DNA of 64,000 nucleotides, taken from positions 18,108-82,107 of the forward strand of contig JASFLY010000008.1 in assembly GCA_050117845.1 (NCBI GenBank), given 5' to 3'. The position numbers and the translations under genes are program-made. Numbering within the stretch: position 1 is the first letter of the stretch; each line of letters starts with the position of its first letter. Below, piece by piece: positions 37,005-47,072 of this stretch. Under the pieces are notes generated by a model, which had not been told where the DNA came from, made no database searches, and saw only the letters and a list, made by a program, of their open reading frames with translations. Origin of the DNA: Candidatus Zixiibacteriota bacterium. GTDB lineage: Bacteria > RBG-13-66-14 > B26-G2 > WVWN01.

Positions 37005-39347
37005 ATGAACGCGAATAAAGAAAAACAGGCTATCCTGGCGCAGTCGGCGGTCCTGGCGCGGCGGTGGGGTTTGCGGATCGACCCGGAGGAACTCGCCCGG
37101 GTGTGGGAACTGCTGGACCGTCCCCCCACCAAGGTGGAGGGCTACCTCTTCGACGTGGCCTGGTCCGAGCACTGCTCGTACAAATCGAGCAAGCGCATAC
37201 TCCGCCGCTACCTCCCGACGCGCGCGCCCAACGTCGTCTGCGGCCCCGGGCAGGACGCCGGCATCGTCCGCGTCTTCCGGGAGGGCGGCAAGTCGTACTG
37301 CGTGGCCGTCGCGCACGAGAGCCACAACCACCCGTCGCAGGTCCTCCCGCTGGAGGGCGCGGCCACGGGCATCGGCGGCATCGTCCGGGACGTCTATTGC
37401 ATGGGGGCCGAGGTCGTGGCGGCGCTGGACCCCCTGCGCTTCGGCTCGACGAAGGGCGATAACGCCAAACGCAGCCAGGCCATCGCTCGCGGCGTGGTGG
37501 AGGGCATCTGGCGCTACGGGAACGCGATAGGCGTTCCCAACGCCGGCGGCGACGTCTACTTCGATTCCGGCTTCGACGAGAACTGCCTCGTGAACGTCGT
37601 GGCGATAGGCGTGGTCGAGGAGGACGCCGTCGTCCCGAGCAGCGTCCCGCCCCAGGCCCGCGACCAGCACTACGTCATCATCCTCGTCGGCAAACCGACC
37701 GACGACTCCGGCGTGGGCGGCGCGTCGTTCGCCTCCGCCGTGCTGGACGAGGAAGAGGACGTGGAGAACAAGGCCGCGGTGCAGGTCCCGGACCCCTTCC
37801 TGAAACGGGTCCTCGCGGTCGCGATGAAGGAAATGTTCGGCCGTGCCCGGGAGAAGGGCGTCGCGCTCGGCGTCAAGGACCTCGGCGCCGGGGGCCTCGG
37901 CGGCGCGGCCTCCGAGCTATGCGCGGCCGGCCGCATCGGCGGCACCATCGACCTCGACAAGGTCCCCCGGGCCATCGAGGACCTCGACCCGGCCATAGTC
38001 GCCGTGGGCGAGACGCAGGAGCGCTACGTCATCGCCGCGCCGGCCTTCTTCGCCGACGAAATCCTGGCCATTTTCAACGACGAATTCGAGATCCCGCGGG
38101 TCTTCCCGGGCGCCCAGGCCGTCGTCATCGGCGAGGTCATGGAGGAGAAATACTTCCGTTTGACGTCGCGGGGCGAGGTCGTGGCCGAGGTCCCGCTGGA
38201 GGTCGTGTCCACCGCGCCCAGCTACCGCCGGGAGGCCCAGGCGCCGGCGGCCCCGCTGGAGTTCGTGCGGCTCAAGCCCCCGCAGTACCTGGCCGAGACC
38301 CTTCTTAATCTGCTCGAGGCGCCGAACGTCTGTTCGCGCCGGCCGCTCTACGAGCATTACGACCGCAACGTTCAGGGCCACACCGTCGTCGAGGCGGGCG
38401 AGGCCGACGCCGCGGTCCTCGCGCCGTGGCCCGGCAAGAGCGCCGGCATCGCGCTCGCCTGCGACGGCAACCCCTATATCGGCGAACTCGACCCCTACGC
38501 CGGCGGGGCCCACGCCGTGCTCGAGGCCTGCCGCAACGTCGTCGCCGTGGGCGGCACGCCGGTCGCGGTAACAGACTGCCTCAACTTCGGCAACCCCGAG
38601 GACCCGAAGGTCTTCTGGACCTTCGAGGAGGCCGTCCGCGGCATCGGCGACGCGTGCCGGGGGTTGGGACTGCGCGGCACCGACGCGCCCCTTCCGGTCG
38701 TGTCCGGGAACGTTTCCTTCTACAACGAGTCCGCCCGCGGCGTCGCCATCAAGCCGTCGCCCATAGTGTGCGTTATAGGTTTCCTGGAGGACTACGCCCT
38801 CGCAGTAACGTCGCAGTTCCAGGAGGCCGGGAACCCGGTCTACCTCGTGGGCCGGCGATGGGGCGAGCTCGGCGGCAGCCAGTACTACCAGCTCCGCGGC
38901 CGACTGGGTTGGCCGGCGCCGATGCCCCGCTTCGGCGAGGAACGCCAGATGCATGAGGCGGTGCTGGAGCTTATCGAGACGAAGTGCCTGGCCGCGGCGC
39001 ACGACATCGCCGACGGCGGCCTGGCGGTTTGCCTGGCCGAGATGGCGGTCCGCCCCACGGAAGGGCCGGGCCTCGGCTGCGAGGTCGACATAAGCCCGGC
39101 CATGGGCTCCACGCCGCCGGACGGGGTGCTCTTCTGCGAGAACGGCGGCTTCGTGCTCGAAGTGCGGCGCGGTTCCGTGGAGGCGGCGGAACTCATCCTG
39201 AATAACGCCGGCGTCGACTGGTGGCGCGTGGGCGAGGTCAAGACCGAACCCAAGCTGACGATACGCGAACGAGAGGCCGTCTTCATCGAGCTGTCCACGG
39301 CCGACGTGGCCGAGGCCCGGGGCGAAGTCCTTAAAGGATATTTTTAG
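37005..39347 (+). CDS. purL: Phosphoribosylformylglycinamidine synthase subunit PurL
   Basis: WSEHCSYKSS, ESHNHPS, GAATGIGGIVRD, DCLNFGNPE, VSGNVSFYN, HDIADGGL. Confidence 0.95.
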   Translation: MNANKEKQAILAQSAVLARRWGLRIDPEELARVWELLDRPPTKVEGYLFDVAWSEHCSYKSSKRILRRYLPTRAPNVVCGPGQDAGIVRVFREGGKSYCVAVAHESHNHPSQVLPLEGAATGIGGIVRDVYCMGAEVVAALDPLRFGSTKGDNAKRSQAIARGVVEGIWRYGNAIGVPNAGGDVYFDSGFDENCLVNVVAIGVVEEDAVVPSSVPPQARDQHYVIILVGKPTDDSGVGGASFASAVLDEEEDVENKAAVQVPDPFLKRVLAVAMKEMFGRAREKGVALGVKDLGAGGLGGAASELCAAGRIGGTIDLDKVPRAIEDLDPAIVAVGETQERYVIAAPAFFADEILAIFNDEFEIPRVFPGAQAVVIGEVMEEKYFRLTSRGEVVAEVPLEVVSTAPSYRREAQAPAAPLEFVRLKPPQYLAETLLNLLEAPNVCSRRPLYEHYDRNVQGHTVVEAGEADAAVLAPWPGKSAGIALACDGNPYIGELDPYAGGAHAVLEACRNVVAVGGTPVAVTDCLNFGNPEDPKVFWTFEEAVRGIGDACRGLGLRGTDAPLPVVSGNVSFYNESARGVAIKPSPIVCVIGFLEDYALAVTSQFQEAGNPVYLVGRRWGELGGSQYYQLRGRLGWPAPMPRFGEERQMHEAVLELIETKCLAAAHDIADGGLAVCLAEMAVRPTEGPGLGCEVDISPAMGSTPPDGVLFCENGGFVLEVRRGSVEAAELILNNAGVDWWRVGEVKTEPKLTIREREAVFIELSTADVAEARGEVLKGYF

Positions 39348-39384
39348 CTAACGTTCCCCGCGCGGCGGGTTAAGGAATAATATA

Positions 39385-40167
39385 GTGTCACCACGTAAAA
39401 AGCCCAAGATAGCGGTAGTCCAGTTCCCGGGCGTGAACTGCGAGTTCGAGACGGCCCGGGCGATAGAGGCCGCCGGCGGCCTGGCGGAGGTCGTGCGCTT
39501 CAACCTCCCCGCGGAGGAGATACGGCGCTACGACGGCTACGCCCTGCCCGGCGGCTTCGCCTACGAGGACCGCGTCCGCGCCGGGGCCGTCGCCGCCAAG
39601 GACGCCGTCGTCGACGTCCTGGCGGGGGAGGCCGGCCGGGGCAAACCGCTGCTCGGGATTTGCAACGGCGCGCAGGTGCTTGTCGAGGCCGGCCTGGTGC
39701 CGGGGCGCCAACCGGGCCACGTCGAGATGGCGCTCGCCCACAACCGCCACCCCTACCATACAGGCTTCCTCAACCGCTGGGTATTCTGCCGGCACGAGGA
39801 GTCGGGCGACGTGCTGCCGCTCCCCATCGCGCACGGCGAGGGCCGCTTCGCCTGCGGCGACGACGATACGCTGGCCGCGGTGGAGGAGGGGGACAAGGTT
39901 TACCTCCGCTACGTCGACGAGGCCGGCGATACGGCCGGCGGGGAAGACAACCCCAACGGCTCGGCGCTGGACGCCGCCGGCATCAGTTCGTTCACGGCCC
40001 CGGCGATAGCGATAATGCCCCACCCGGAGCGCGCGAGCTGGCTCTTCCAGCTGCCGCGTTACCTGGAGGGGCCCTGGGGCCTCAAGCGCCGCCGGGCCGC
40101 CGGCAAGGAATTGCTCGAGGCGGGGCCGGGGCGTCGCGTTTTCGAAGACTTTTTAAAGCTCGTCTAA
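39385..40167 (+). CDS. purQ: Phosphoribosylformylglycinamidine synthase subunit PurQ
   Basis: FPGVNCE, LGICNGAQ, IAHGEGRF, NPNGS, MPHPER. Confidence 0.95.
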   Translation: MSPRKKPKIAVVQFPGVNCEFETARAIEAAGGLAEVVRFNLPAEEIRRYDGYALPGGFAYEDRVRAGAVAAKDAVVDVLAGEAGRGKPLLGICNGAQVLVEAGLVPGRQPGHVEMALAHNRHPYHTGFLNRWVFCRHEESGDVLPLPIAHGEGRFACGDDDTLAAVEEGDKVYLRYVDEAGDTAGGEDNPNGSALDAAGISSFTAPAIAIMPHPERASWLFQLPRYLEGPWGLKRRRAAGKELLEAGPGRRVFEDFLKLV

Positions 40168-40184
40168 GAGAAGAGGTAAGGATT

Positions 40185-41123
40185 ATGAGAGCGCTGGTTA
40201 CGGGCGGTGCGGGGTTTATAGGCCGCCACCTGGTCGGCTGGCTGTTGGGCCGAGGGTGCGACGTACTCGCGCTCGACAACCTGTCGAACGGCTCGGCCGG
40301 CAACCTGGAGGAGTTCGGGGGCGAGGCCGGGTTCGCCGGCCTCCTCGAGGGGGACGTGTGCGACGAGGACATCTGGGCCAGCCTGACCGGCCAACGCTTC
40401 GACAGCATCTACCACCTCGCGGCCGCCATCAACGTCCAGGACTCCATCGACGACCCGGCCCGGACGTTCAACTCCGACGTCGTCGGGACCTTCCGGGCCC
40501 TCGAGTTCGCCCGGGCGCAGAACAGCCGCTTTATCTATATCTCGACCTGCCTGGTTTACGCGCCGGCGGTGGACGGCACGCCCATCACCGAGCGTTACCC
40601 CACGCGCCCCGCTTCCCCCTACGCCGCGGCCAAGCTGGCGGGCGAGAACCTGACCCTCTCCTATTACCACGCTTACGGCCTGCACGCCCTCATCCTTCGC
40701 CCTTTCAACACCTACGGCCCCTACCAGCGGACCGACGGCGAGGGCGGCGTCGTCGTAACGTTCCTGAATCAATACTTGAAGGGCGAGCCGCTGGTCGTCT
40801 TCGGCGACGGCCGCCAGACGCGCGACCTCCTTTACGTCGACGATTGCGCCGACCTCATAGGCAGGGCCGGCGAGTCGAACGCCGCCGGGTCCGTCATCAA
40901 CGGCGGCCTGGGTCAGGAAATAGAGATTCGCAACCTGGCCCGCAAGATAGCGGGGAACGAGGACGGCGTAAAATTCGCCGCGCATCCCCACTCCCAGGCC
41001 GAAGTGTGGCGGCTGGTTTGCGACAACGCCAAGGCGGCCCAACTCCTCGACTGGCGGCCCACCACCTCCCTCGACGAGGGCATCGCCAGGACGCGCGCGT
41101 GGATGGAAGAGCGTATAGGCTGA
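40185..41123 (+). CDS. NAD-dependent epimerase/dehydratase (extended SDR)
   Basis: VTGGAGFIG, YAAAK, RPFNTYGP, GDGRQTRDLLYV. ATG 40185 lies inside ORF-track 39660..41123. Confidence 0.92.
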   Translation: MRALVTGGAGFIGRHLVGWLLGRGCDVLALDNLSNGSAGNLEEFGGEAGFAGLLEGDVCDEDIWASLTGQRFDSIYHLAAAINVQDSIDDPARTFNSDVVGTFRALEFARAQNSRFIYISTCLVYAPAVDGTPITERYPTRPASPYAAAKLAGENLTLSYYHAYGLHALILRPFNTYGPYQRTDGEGGVVVTFLNQYLKGEPLVVFGDGRQTRDLLYVDDCADLIGRAGESNAAGSVINGGLGQEIEIRNLARKIAGNEDGVKFAAHPHSQAEVWRLVCDNAKAAQLLDWRPTTSLDEGIARTRAWMEERIG

Positions 41124-41194
41124 TTCCTATCCTATTCCGATAAATGACGCCGGCGCCCGTGGGGCGCCGGTTTTTTATGCGTATTCGACGGGTC

Positions 41195-41328
41195 GTGGGG
41201 GCGACTGGCCAGTCGCCCCTATCCCGATCGGTTAAAAACGGCGGCCTAAAGGCCGCCGCTTCGATTATTATATGAGTACCACCGACATTCCTGTCGGTGA
41301 TTAAGGTTCACCGGCAAGAATGCCGGTG
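41195..41328. repeat. REP-like palindromes between convergent genes; the last copy lies inside the pta 3' end
   Basis: GGGGCGACTGGCCAGTCGCCCC (41198), CACCGACATTCCTGTCGGTG (41280; identical to 1513-1532), CACCGGCAAGAATGCCGGTG (41309). Confidence 0.8.
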
Positions 41329-42323
41329 CCACGTTGCGTCGCCGTTATCGCGACGACGTCGACGATATCGTCGGTCTTGGCGCCGCGGCTGAGGTCGTTC
41401 ATCGGTTTCGCCAGGCCCTGCGTAATGGGCCCCACGGCCCGGGCTCCCGCCAACCGTTCGACCAACTTGTAGCCGATGTTCCCGGCGTTAAGGTCCGGGA
41501 AGATGAGGACGTTGGCCCGGCCGGCCACCGGCGAGGCCGGGGCCTTGCGCTCCGCGACCGACGGGATGACGGCGGCGTCCAGTTGCAGCTCACCGTCGAC
41601 GTCGAGGTCCGGCGCCTTCTGCCGCGCGATTTCGACGGCCCGGCGGACCTTGTCCACGGACTCGTGTTCGCCCGAGCCCTTGGTGCTGAACGACAGCAGG
41701 GCGACGGCCGGGTCGGTGCCCGTCAGTTGCCGGAAGGAGCGGCCTGTGGTCGTCGCGACGTCGGCCAGCTGCTCCGCGTTCGGCTCCACGAGAAGGGCGC
41801 AGTCGGCGAAGAAAATAACGCCCTTCTCGCCGAACTTCGGGTTGCCGGTTATCATCGCGAAGAAGGTGGAGAGGGTATCGACTCCGGGGGCGAGGCCGAC
41901 GAGGTGCAACGCGGCCCGCATAACCGTCGCGGTGGCCGTGGCGGCGCCGCCGACGACGGCGTCCACGTCTCCCCGGCGCAGAAGGTACGCGCCGAAGAAC
42001 ATCGGCTCGAGGACCGTGGCGGACGCCTCTTCCGGCGTCAGGCCCTTGTGTTTACGGAGTTCGAAGTATTCGCCGGCGGCCTCCTCGCGCAGGGGGTCCT
42101 CGGCCGGGATCACCAGCGTGAATCGGCTCAGGTCGGCTTGGCATTTGGCGGCGGCGGCTTCCGCGGACGGGAGGTCGCGCGTAATCAGCGTCACTTCCCG
42201 GGCGAAACCGGCGTCGAGGGCCCGGGCGCCGGTGGCGACGATGCGTTCGTCGTGGCCCTCCGGCAGGCAGAGGCGAATAGGCGCTCGGGCGGCTTTCTCG
42301 CGTATGTGACTTAGAAAAGGCGT
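41301..42323 (-). CDS. pta: Phosphate acetyltransferase; apparent ACG start
   Basis: (M)[27 protein letters not shown]..., [41 protein letters not shown]. Confidence 0.93.
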   Translation of the reverse strand, partial: TPFLSHIREKAARAPIRLCLPEGHDERIVATGARALDAGFAREVTLITRDLPSAEAAAAKCQADLSRFTLVIPAEDPLREEAAGEYFELRKHKGLTPEEASATVLEPMFFGAYLLRRGDVDAVVGGAATATATVMRAALHLVGLAPGVDTLSTFFAMITGNPKFGEKGVIFFADCALLVEPNAEQLADVATTTGRSFRQLTGTDPAVALLSFSTKGSGEHESVDKVRRAVEIARQKAPDLDVDGELQLDAAVIPSVAERKAPASPVAGRANVLIFPDLNAGNIGYKLVERLAGARAVGPITQGLAKPMNDLSRGAKTDDIVDVVAITATQRGTGILAGEP

Positions 42324-42399
42324 AGTCGACCCTCCTCGGGATTGGAAGGTAAAAAGAGCGGGTTAAGCATTATTCAAAGAACGGACAGGGCGGGGCGGC

Positions 42400-44478
42400 C
42401 TAGAGGACTTCCGCGCCCGCCGGGAGGTCGCCGTCGACGACCAGGATTTTTACCACGTCGTGATGTTGGGCCGCGAGGAGCATACCCCGCGATTCCTCGC
42501 CCCGTATCTTGGCGGGCTGCATGTTCTTCACGATGATTATCTTCCGACCGGCCAACGCTTCGGGTTCGTACCAGGGCGCGATGCCGGCTACGACCGGCCT
42601 TTCTTCGCCGCCGAGGTCCACGGTCATCTTGAGGAGCTTGTCCGCCCCGGCGACTCGTTCACACGTTTTCACTTCGGCTACTACCAACCCCAATTTCTTA
42701 ACGTCGTCTATAGTTACGTACGTTTCGGTCATATCCTCCTCCGGCGGTTTACCCGATTCTTCGGCCGCGGTTTTTTCCTTTGTGTTTTCCTCGGCCGGCG
42801 TCCCGTCGCGTTGCTGTAGCGCGGCCACGTGGGATTCGACGCGGCCTTCGTCTATTTTCTCGATCAGTATTTTAATCTCGCCCAGGGGCGCCCCTTCCGG
42901 GATGGCCGGCGTTTTGGCCTGCTCCCAGGTAAGCGGCGCCGCGAGGGAAAGCATCCTTCTTATCTCTTCGGCGGCGAGGGGCGTGAACGGCTCGAACGCG
43001 GTCGCGAGAGAGGCGGCCAGGCGGCAGGACACGTTCAATATGGCCTCGGCCCGCGGCCTGTCCGTCTTGCGCCGGGCCCAGGGCTCCTCGTCGTTGTAAT
43101 ACTTATTGGCCGCCCGGGCGATTTCGAGCGCGGCGGCGAGAGCGGCCCGCATCTCGTATTTCTCGATGTGCGCGGCCTCAACCTCGAGTTGCCGGCTCGC
43201 CGTCGCGAGAAGGGCCTCGTCGCTTGCGGTTAACGCGCCGGCCCGCGGCACCTCGTTGCCGAGGTAGTTTTTGATAAAGGTGAGCGAGCGGTTGACGAAG
43301 TTCCCGAAGATGTCGGCCAGCTCCGAGTTCACGCGCGTCGCCATATCGGCGAAGGAGAAGTCGGCGTCCTTCGTCTCGGGCGCGTTGGCCGTCAGGTAGT
43401 AGCGCAGCGCGTCCACCTGGAAGTCGGCCACCGCGTCCTCGGCCCAGACGGCCCAGTTGCGGCTGGTCGAGATCTTGCGGCCCTCGAGGTTGAGGAACTC
43501 GTTGGCCGGAATCTGGAAGGGGAGGTTGTAGTTTTCCGGCTGGCCCATGAGCATCGCCGGCCAGACGATGGCGTGGAAGACGATATTGTCCTTGCCGATG
43601 AAGTGGACGACCTTCGAGTCCGGGTCGAGCCAGTAGTCCCGCCACTTCTCCGGTTCGCCGCGTTTCCGGGCCCACTCGATAGTCGAGCTAACGTAGCCGA
43701 TGGGGGCGTCGAACCAGACGTAGAGGACCTTGCCCGCGGCCTCTTCCAGCGGCACCGGGACGCCCCAGTCGATGTCGCGGGTGATGGCCCGGTCGGCGAG
43801 GCCCTCGTCCAGCCAGCTCAGGCAGAACTTGCGGACGTTGTCGCGCCAGTGGGTATTGGCGGCCAGCCACTCCCGCAGGCGGGCGGCGAACTTCGGCAGC
43901 TCGAGGTACCAGTGGGTCGTCTTCCGGGCGACCGGGGGGCCGTCGCAGATTTTGCAGCGGGGGTCTTCGAGTTCGGTCGCGGCCAGCCAGCGGCCGCAGC
44001 TCTCGCACTGGTCGCCGCGGGCGTCGGGACAGCCGCAATGGGGGCAGGTACCCTCGACGTAACGGTCCGGCAGGAAGCGGCCGCAGTTCTCGCAGTACAG
44101 TTGTTCCGTCTCCCGGGCGGTGATGTAGCCGCCGCGGTACAGGTTCGTGAAGAACTCCTGCGCCCGGGGGTAATGTATATCCCGAAGGGTCGTGCGGCTG
44201 TAATTGTCGAAGGTGAAGGCAAAGCCGTCGAAGGCTTTCTGCATCGCCTCGTGGTAGTGGTCGACGAGTCGTTGCGGGGACACGCCCCGGCGTTCCGCGC
44301 TGACGGTTATGGGGACGCCGTGTTCGTCGGACCCGCAGATATAGACGACGTCTTTCCCGGCGAGGCGGAGGTAGCGGACGTACGAGTCGGCCGGCATGTA
44401 CGCCCCGGCGAGTTGGCCCACGTGCAGGGGGCCGTTGGCGTACGGCAGGGCGCTGGTTACCAGATATCTTTCGGCCAT
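42400..44478 (-). CDS. metG: Methionyl-tRNA synthetase with C-terminal tRNA-binding domain
   Basis: LPYANGPLHVGQ, CGSDEHG, Zn knuckle CPHC..CESC, YVWFDAPIGY, KISTS. Confidence 0.96.
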   Translation of the reverse strand: MAERYLVTSALPYANGPLHVGQLAGAYMPADSYVRYLRLAGKDVVYICGSDEHGVPITVSAERRGVSPQRLVDHYHEAMQKAFDGFAFTFDNYSRTTLRDIHYPRAQEFFTNLYRGGYITARETEQLYCENCGRFLPDRYVEGTCPHCGCPDARGDQCESCGRWLAATELEDPRCKICDGPPVARKTTHWYLELPKFAARLREWLAANTHWRDNVRKFCLSWLDEGLADRAITRDIDWGVPVPLEEAAGKVLYVWFDAPIGYVSSTIEWARKRGEPEKWRDYWLDPDSKVVHFIGKDNIVFHAIVWPAMLMGQPENYNLPFQIPANEFLNLEGRKISTSRNWAVWAEDAVADFQVDALRYYLTANAPETKDADFSFADMATRVNSELADIFGNFVNRSLTFIKNYLGNEVPRAGALTASDEALLATASRQLEVEAAHIEKYEMRAALAAALEIARAANKYYNDEEPWARRKTDRPRAEAILNVSCRLAASLATAFEPFTPLAAEEIRRMLSLAAPLTWEQAKTPAIPEGAPLGEIKILIEKIDEGRVESHVAALQQRDGTPAEENTKEKTAAEESGKPPEEDMTETYVTIDDVKKLGLVVAEVKTCERVAGADKLLKMTVDLGGEERPVVAGIAPWYEPEALAGRKIIIVKNMQPAKIRGEESRGMLLAAQHHDVVKILVVDGDLPAGAEVL

Positions 44479-44579
44479 ATTCCTTCCCGGTTTGGGGTCT
44501 TGTCGCGGAGTCTAACACAGGTGGCGCTGGACGGTCAAACGTTATTAGCCGGGGCCGCGCCCTCGGTGGCATAAAGAAA

Positions 44580-44602
44580 CAGGGGAGCCGGAAGGCTCCC
44601 CT
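44580..44602 (-). terminator. Intrinsic terminator for the 44630-45292 gene
   Basis: CAGGGGAGCC-TTCC-GGCTCCCCTG followed by TTTCTTT on the minus strand. Confidence 0.7.
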
Positions 44603-44629
44603 GGTACGTGCTTTTTAGCCTTGTTTCGC

Positions 44630-45292
44630 TTAGAAGTAAAGCGCTTTTACGCGGCCGATGCTCGAAGGAGAGACAGCCGGGTTGTTCTCGTTGTCCATTA
44701 CGACGCGCATCATGATGTTGTAGTAACCCGTGCTGTTCGAGTTCGGGGACCAGGTGCCACCGTAGTAAACCCACGAGTGGTTGAGGAAGGTCGGGTTGTT
44801 GTCGACGACGTGCGGGTCGCAGTTCGGGTAGTTGTAGTACTGCTCCATGGCCGGCACGAAAGCCTTGAGGCCGGAGGGGAGTATCCAACCGACGGGGATT
44901 TCTTTCCAACCGTTCGAACCGGTCGGTACGTACCATTCGGGGCCCCAGAGCATCGAACCCGGGACGCCGCCGGAGAAGGAGTATACGCCGACACGGAAGC
45001 CGTCCCATACGCCGTTCGGCCAGCTGGGATAGCAGTACAAACGGATCGTGCGGATGTACGGGTAGCTCTTGACGGTGCTAATGTTGAAATCGTTACCGAC
45101 ATACGTCCCGGCACCGGTGTACCAGGCGATACCGTAGGAACTCGAGCCCGAATCCCAGGACAACTCTACCGTAGCGTCGTTCGCGGGTTCGTTATTCGAG
45201 AACTCGGGGGGGGCTTTATCGACGGCCATGTCAGCCGCCCAGGCACCGGCTACTAAAGCTAACAGGCCGGCAAACAAAGCAAAATTCTTCAT
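44630..45292 (-). CDS. Secreted beta-rich hypothetical protein with conserved C-terminal tail motif
   Basis: MKNFALFAGLLALVAGAWA signal peptide; ends AVSPSSIGRVKALYF; AGGAGG SD. Confidence 0.85.
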   Translation of the reverse strand: MKNFALFAGLLALVAGAWAADMAVDKAPPEFSNNEPANDATVELSWDSGSSSYGIAWYTGAGTYVGNDFNISTVKSYPYIRTIRLYCYPSWPNGVWDGFRVGVYSFSGGVPGSMLWGPEWYVPTGSNGWKEIPVGWILPSGLKAFVPAMEQYYNYPNCDPHVVDNNPTFLNHSWVYYGGTWSPNSNSTGYYNIMMRVVMDNENNPAVSPSSIGRVKALYF

Positions 45293-45505
45293 TGGCAAAG
45301 ACCTCCTAATTTATCTTCCGCCGGCTCAGGGGCCAGCAACGATTTGGAAAATTTCCCCCGGCGGTGCACGCCGAGGCTCCTAAAGTAATATTTAACATTG
45401 TAGACGCCTAAATGTCAAGGGAAAAATGGGAGAAGGCGCTTTTTTCGCCGTTCATACCTTGATAATACCTCGCCTGAAAGGCGATTCGCCCGTCCCGGAG
45501 GAGCC

Positions 45506-46909
45506 TCAGGCACCCCCGGCGCCAACTCGCCTTTTCCACCTGACACCCTCGGCGGTATCCTCGAGGACTATACCCATCGCGGCCAGGCGGTCGCGGATTT
45601 CGTCGGCCCGGGCGAAGTTTTTCTCCTTTCGGGCCTCTTCCCGGTCGGCGATAAGCTTCTCGATTTCAGCGTCCAGTACGACCGGCGCCGGGTGGAAAAC
45701 GTCCAGAATCCTGTCAAACGAATCGAGCGCTTCGATGATTTCGCTACGGCCTATCCCCGATAGCCGCCCCTCGTCCATGGCCCGATTGGCCTCCGTAACG
45801 AGGTCGAAAACGGCCGCCAGCGCTTCGGCTACGGCCAGGTCGGCGTCGAGCGCCGCTTCGAACTCGGCCGCGGCGTCTCGAATTTGCTCGGCCAAATCGT
45901 CCGGGCCTTCCCCGTCGTATTCGGTGACGCGTCGGTAGAAATCGCTGAGGCGCGTTACCGAGGCCGCCGCGGCGCCCAAGCCGTCGAGCGTAAAGTTCAA
46001 CTGCCTCCGGTAATGCGTCGAGATGAGCAGATAGCGTATGGCCAGCGGATCGTTGCCCTGGGCCAGGAGGTCGGGCAGGGTGTAATAATTGCCCAGCGAC
46101 TTCGACATCTTCTGGCCCTCGACGATGAGGTGCTCGGAATGCATCCAGAGGCGCGCGAACGGTTTCCCCGTCGCCGCCTCGCTTTGGGCTATCTCGTTCT
46201 CGTGGTGGGGGAAGATGTTGTCCACGCCCCCGGTATGGATGTCGAAAGTCTCTCCCAAGTACTTCATCGACATGGCCGAGCATTCGATGTGCCACCCGGG
46301 GCGCCCCGGCCCCCAGGGGGAATCCCACGAAGGTTCCCCTTCGCGGGCGGTCTTCCACAACGCGAAGTCGCGGGCTTCCTCTTTGGCGTATTCGTCCACG
46401 TCGACGCGGGCGCCGGGCTGGAGCGAGTCGGGGTCCATCCCGGAGAGTTTGCCGTACTCGGGGAACGTCGAAATGCGGAAATAAACCGCGTCCTCCGAAG
46501 TGTACGTGTGGCCCGCGGCCTCGAGCTTTTGGGTCAACGCCACCATTTCGGGGATGTGCTCCGTCGCCCGCGGGTAGTGTTCCGCGCGCTGGATGCGGAG
46601 CGTATCGAGGTCTTCGAAGAAAGCGTCGACGTAGGGTCGCGTGTACTCCGCGAGCGGCACGCCCTCCTCCCGGGAGCCGCGTATGGTTTTATCGTCTATG
46701 TCCGTCAGGTTCATAACCTGGAGGACCTCGAAACCTTTCCACGCGAGGTAGCGCCGGAGGAGGTCTTCGAACATAAAGGTGCGGAAGTTGCCGATGGTGG
46801 CGTGATCGTACACCGTCGGGCCGCAGGTATACATCCGAACCTTCCCGGCCTCGAGGGGCTCGAAAGGCTCCATCTGCCGGGTCATCGTGTTGTAAAAATT
46901 TATAGCCAT
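45506..46909 (-). CDS. cysS: Cysteinyl-tRNA synthetase
   Basis: MYTCGPTVYD, DFALWK, GRPGWHIECSAM, HTGGVDNIFPHHENE, KMSKS. Confidence 0.97.
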   Translation of the reverse strand: MAINFYNTMTRQMEPFEPLEAGKVRMYTCGPTVYDHATIGNFRTFMFEDLLRRYLAWKGFEVLQVMNLTDIDDKTIRGSREEGVPLAEYTRPYVDAFFEDLDTLRIQRAEHYPRATEHIPEMVALTQKLEAAGHTYTSEDAVYFRISTFPEYGKLSGMDPDSLQPGARVDVDEYAKEEARDFALWKTAREGEPSWDSPWGPGRPGWHIECSAMSMKYLGETFDIHTGGVDNIFPHHENEIAQSEAATGKPFARLWMHSEHLIVEGQKMSKSLGNYYTLPDLLAQGNDPLAIRYLLISTHYRRQLNFTLDGLGAAAASVTRLSDFYRRVTEYDGEGPDDLAEQIRDAAAEFEAALDADLAVAEALAAVFDLVTEANRAMDEGRLSGIGRSEIIEALDSFDRILDVFHPAPVVLDAEIEKLIADREEARKEKNFARADEIRDRLAAMGIVLEDTAEGVRWKRRVGAGGA

Positions 46910-46999
46910 ACGCTATTCCCCGGATTTTTAGGGGCGCCATATTAACAAAAAAAAGCACCCGATTAAAGCGTAAAAAACGATTTTCCGCCGTCCCACGGT

Positions 47000-47028
47000 T
47001 TGACCGGGGAGCAGAAATTATTTATAAT
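47000..47028 (+). promoter_or_regulatory. Sigma70 promoter for grpE-dnaJ
   Basis: TTGACC-N17-TATAAT. Confidence 0.75.
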
Positions 47029-47072
47029 AGCGTTTATCGGACCCACGCTCGATCAACCGGAGTTGTCAAACT

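Noticed and set aside
37005-40167. purL-purQ without purS as a novel architecture
   Set aside because: purS is frequently encoded elsewhere; this cannot be judged from one window.
46910-47072. CIRCE/HrcA or CtsR heat-shock operators upstream of grpE (and clpC)
   Set aside because: Neither TTAGCACTC-N9-GAGTGCTAA nor CtsR heptad repeats were found.
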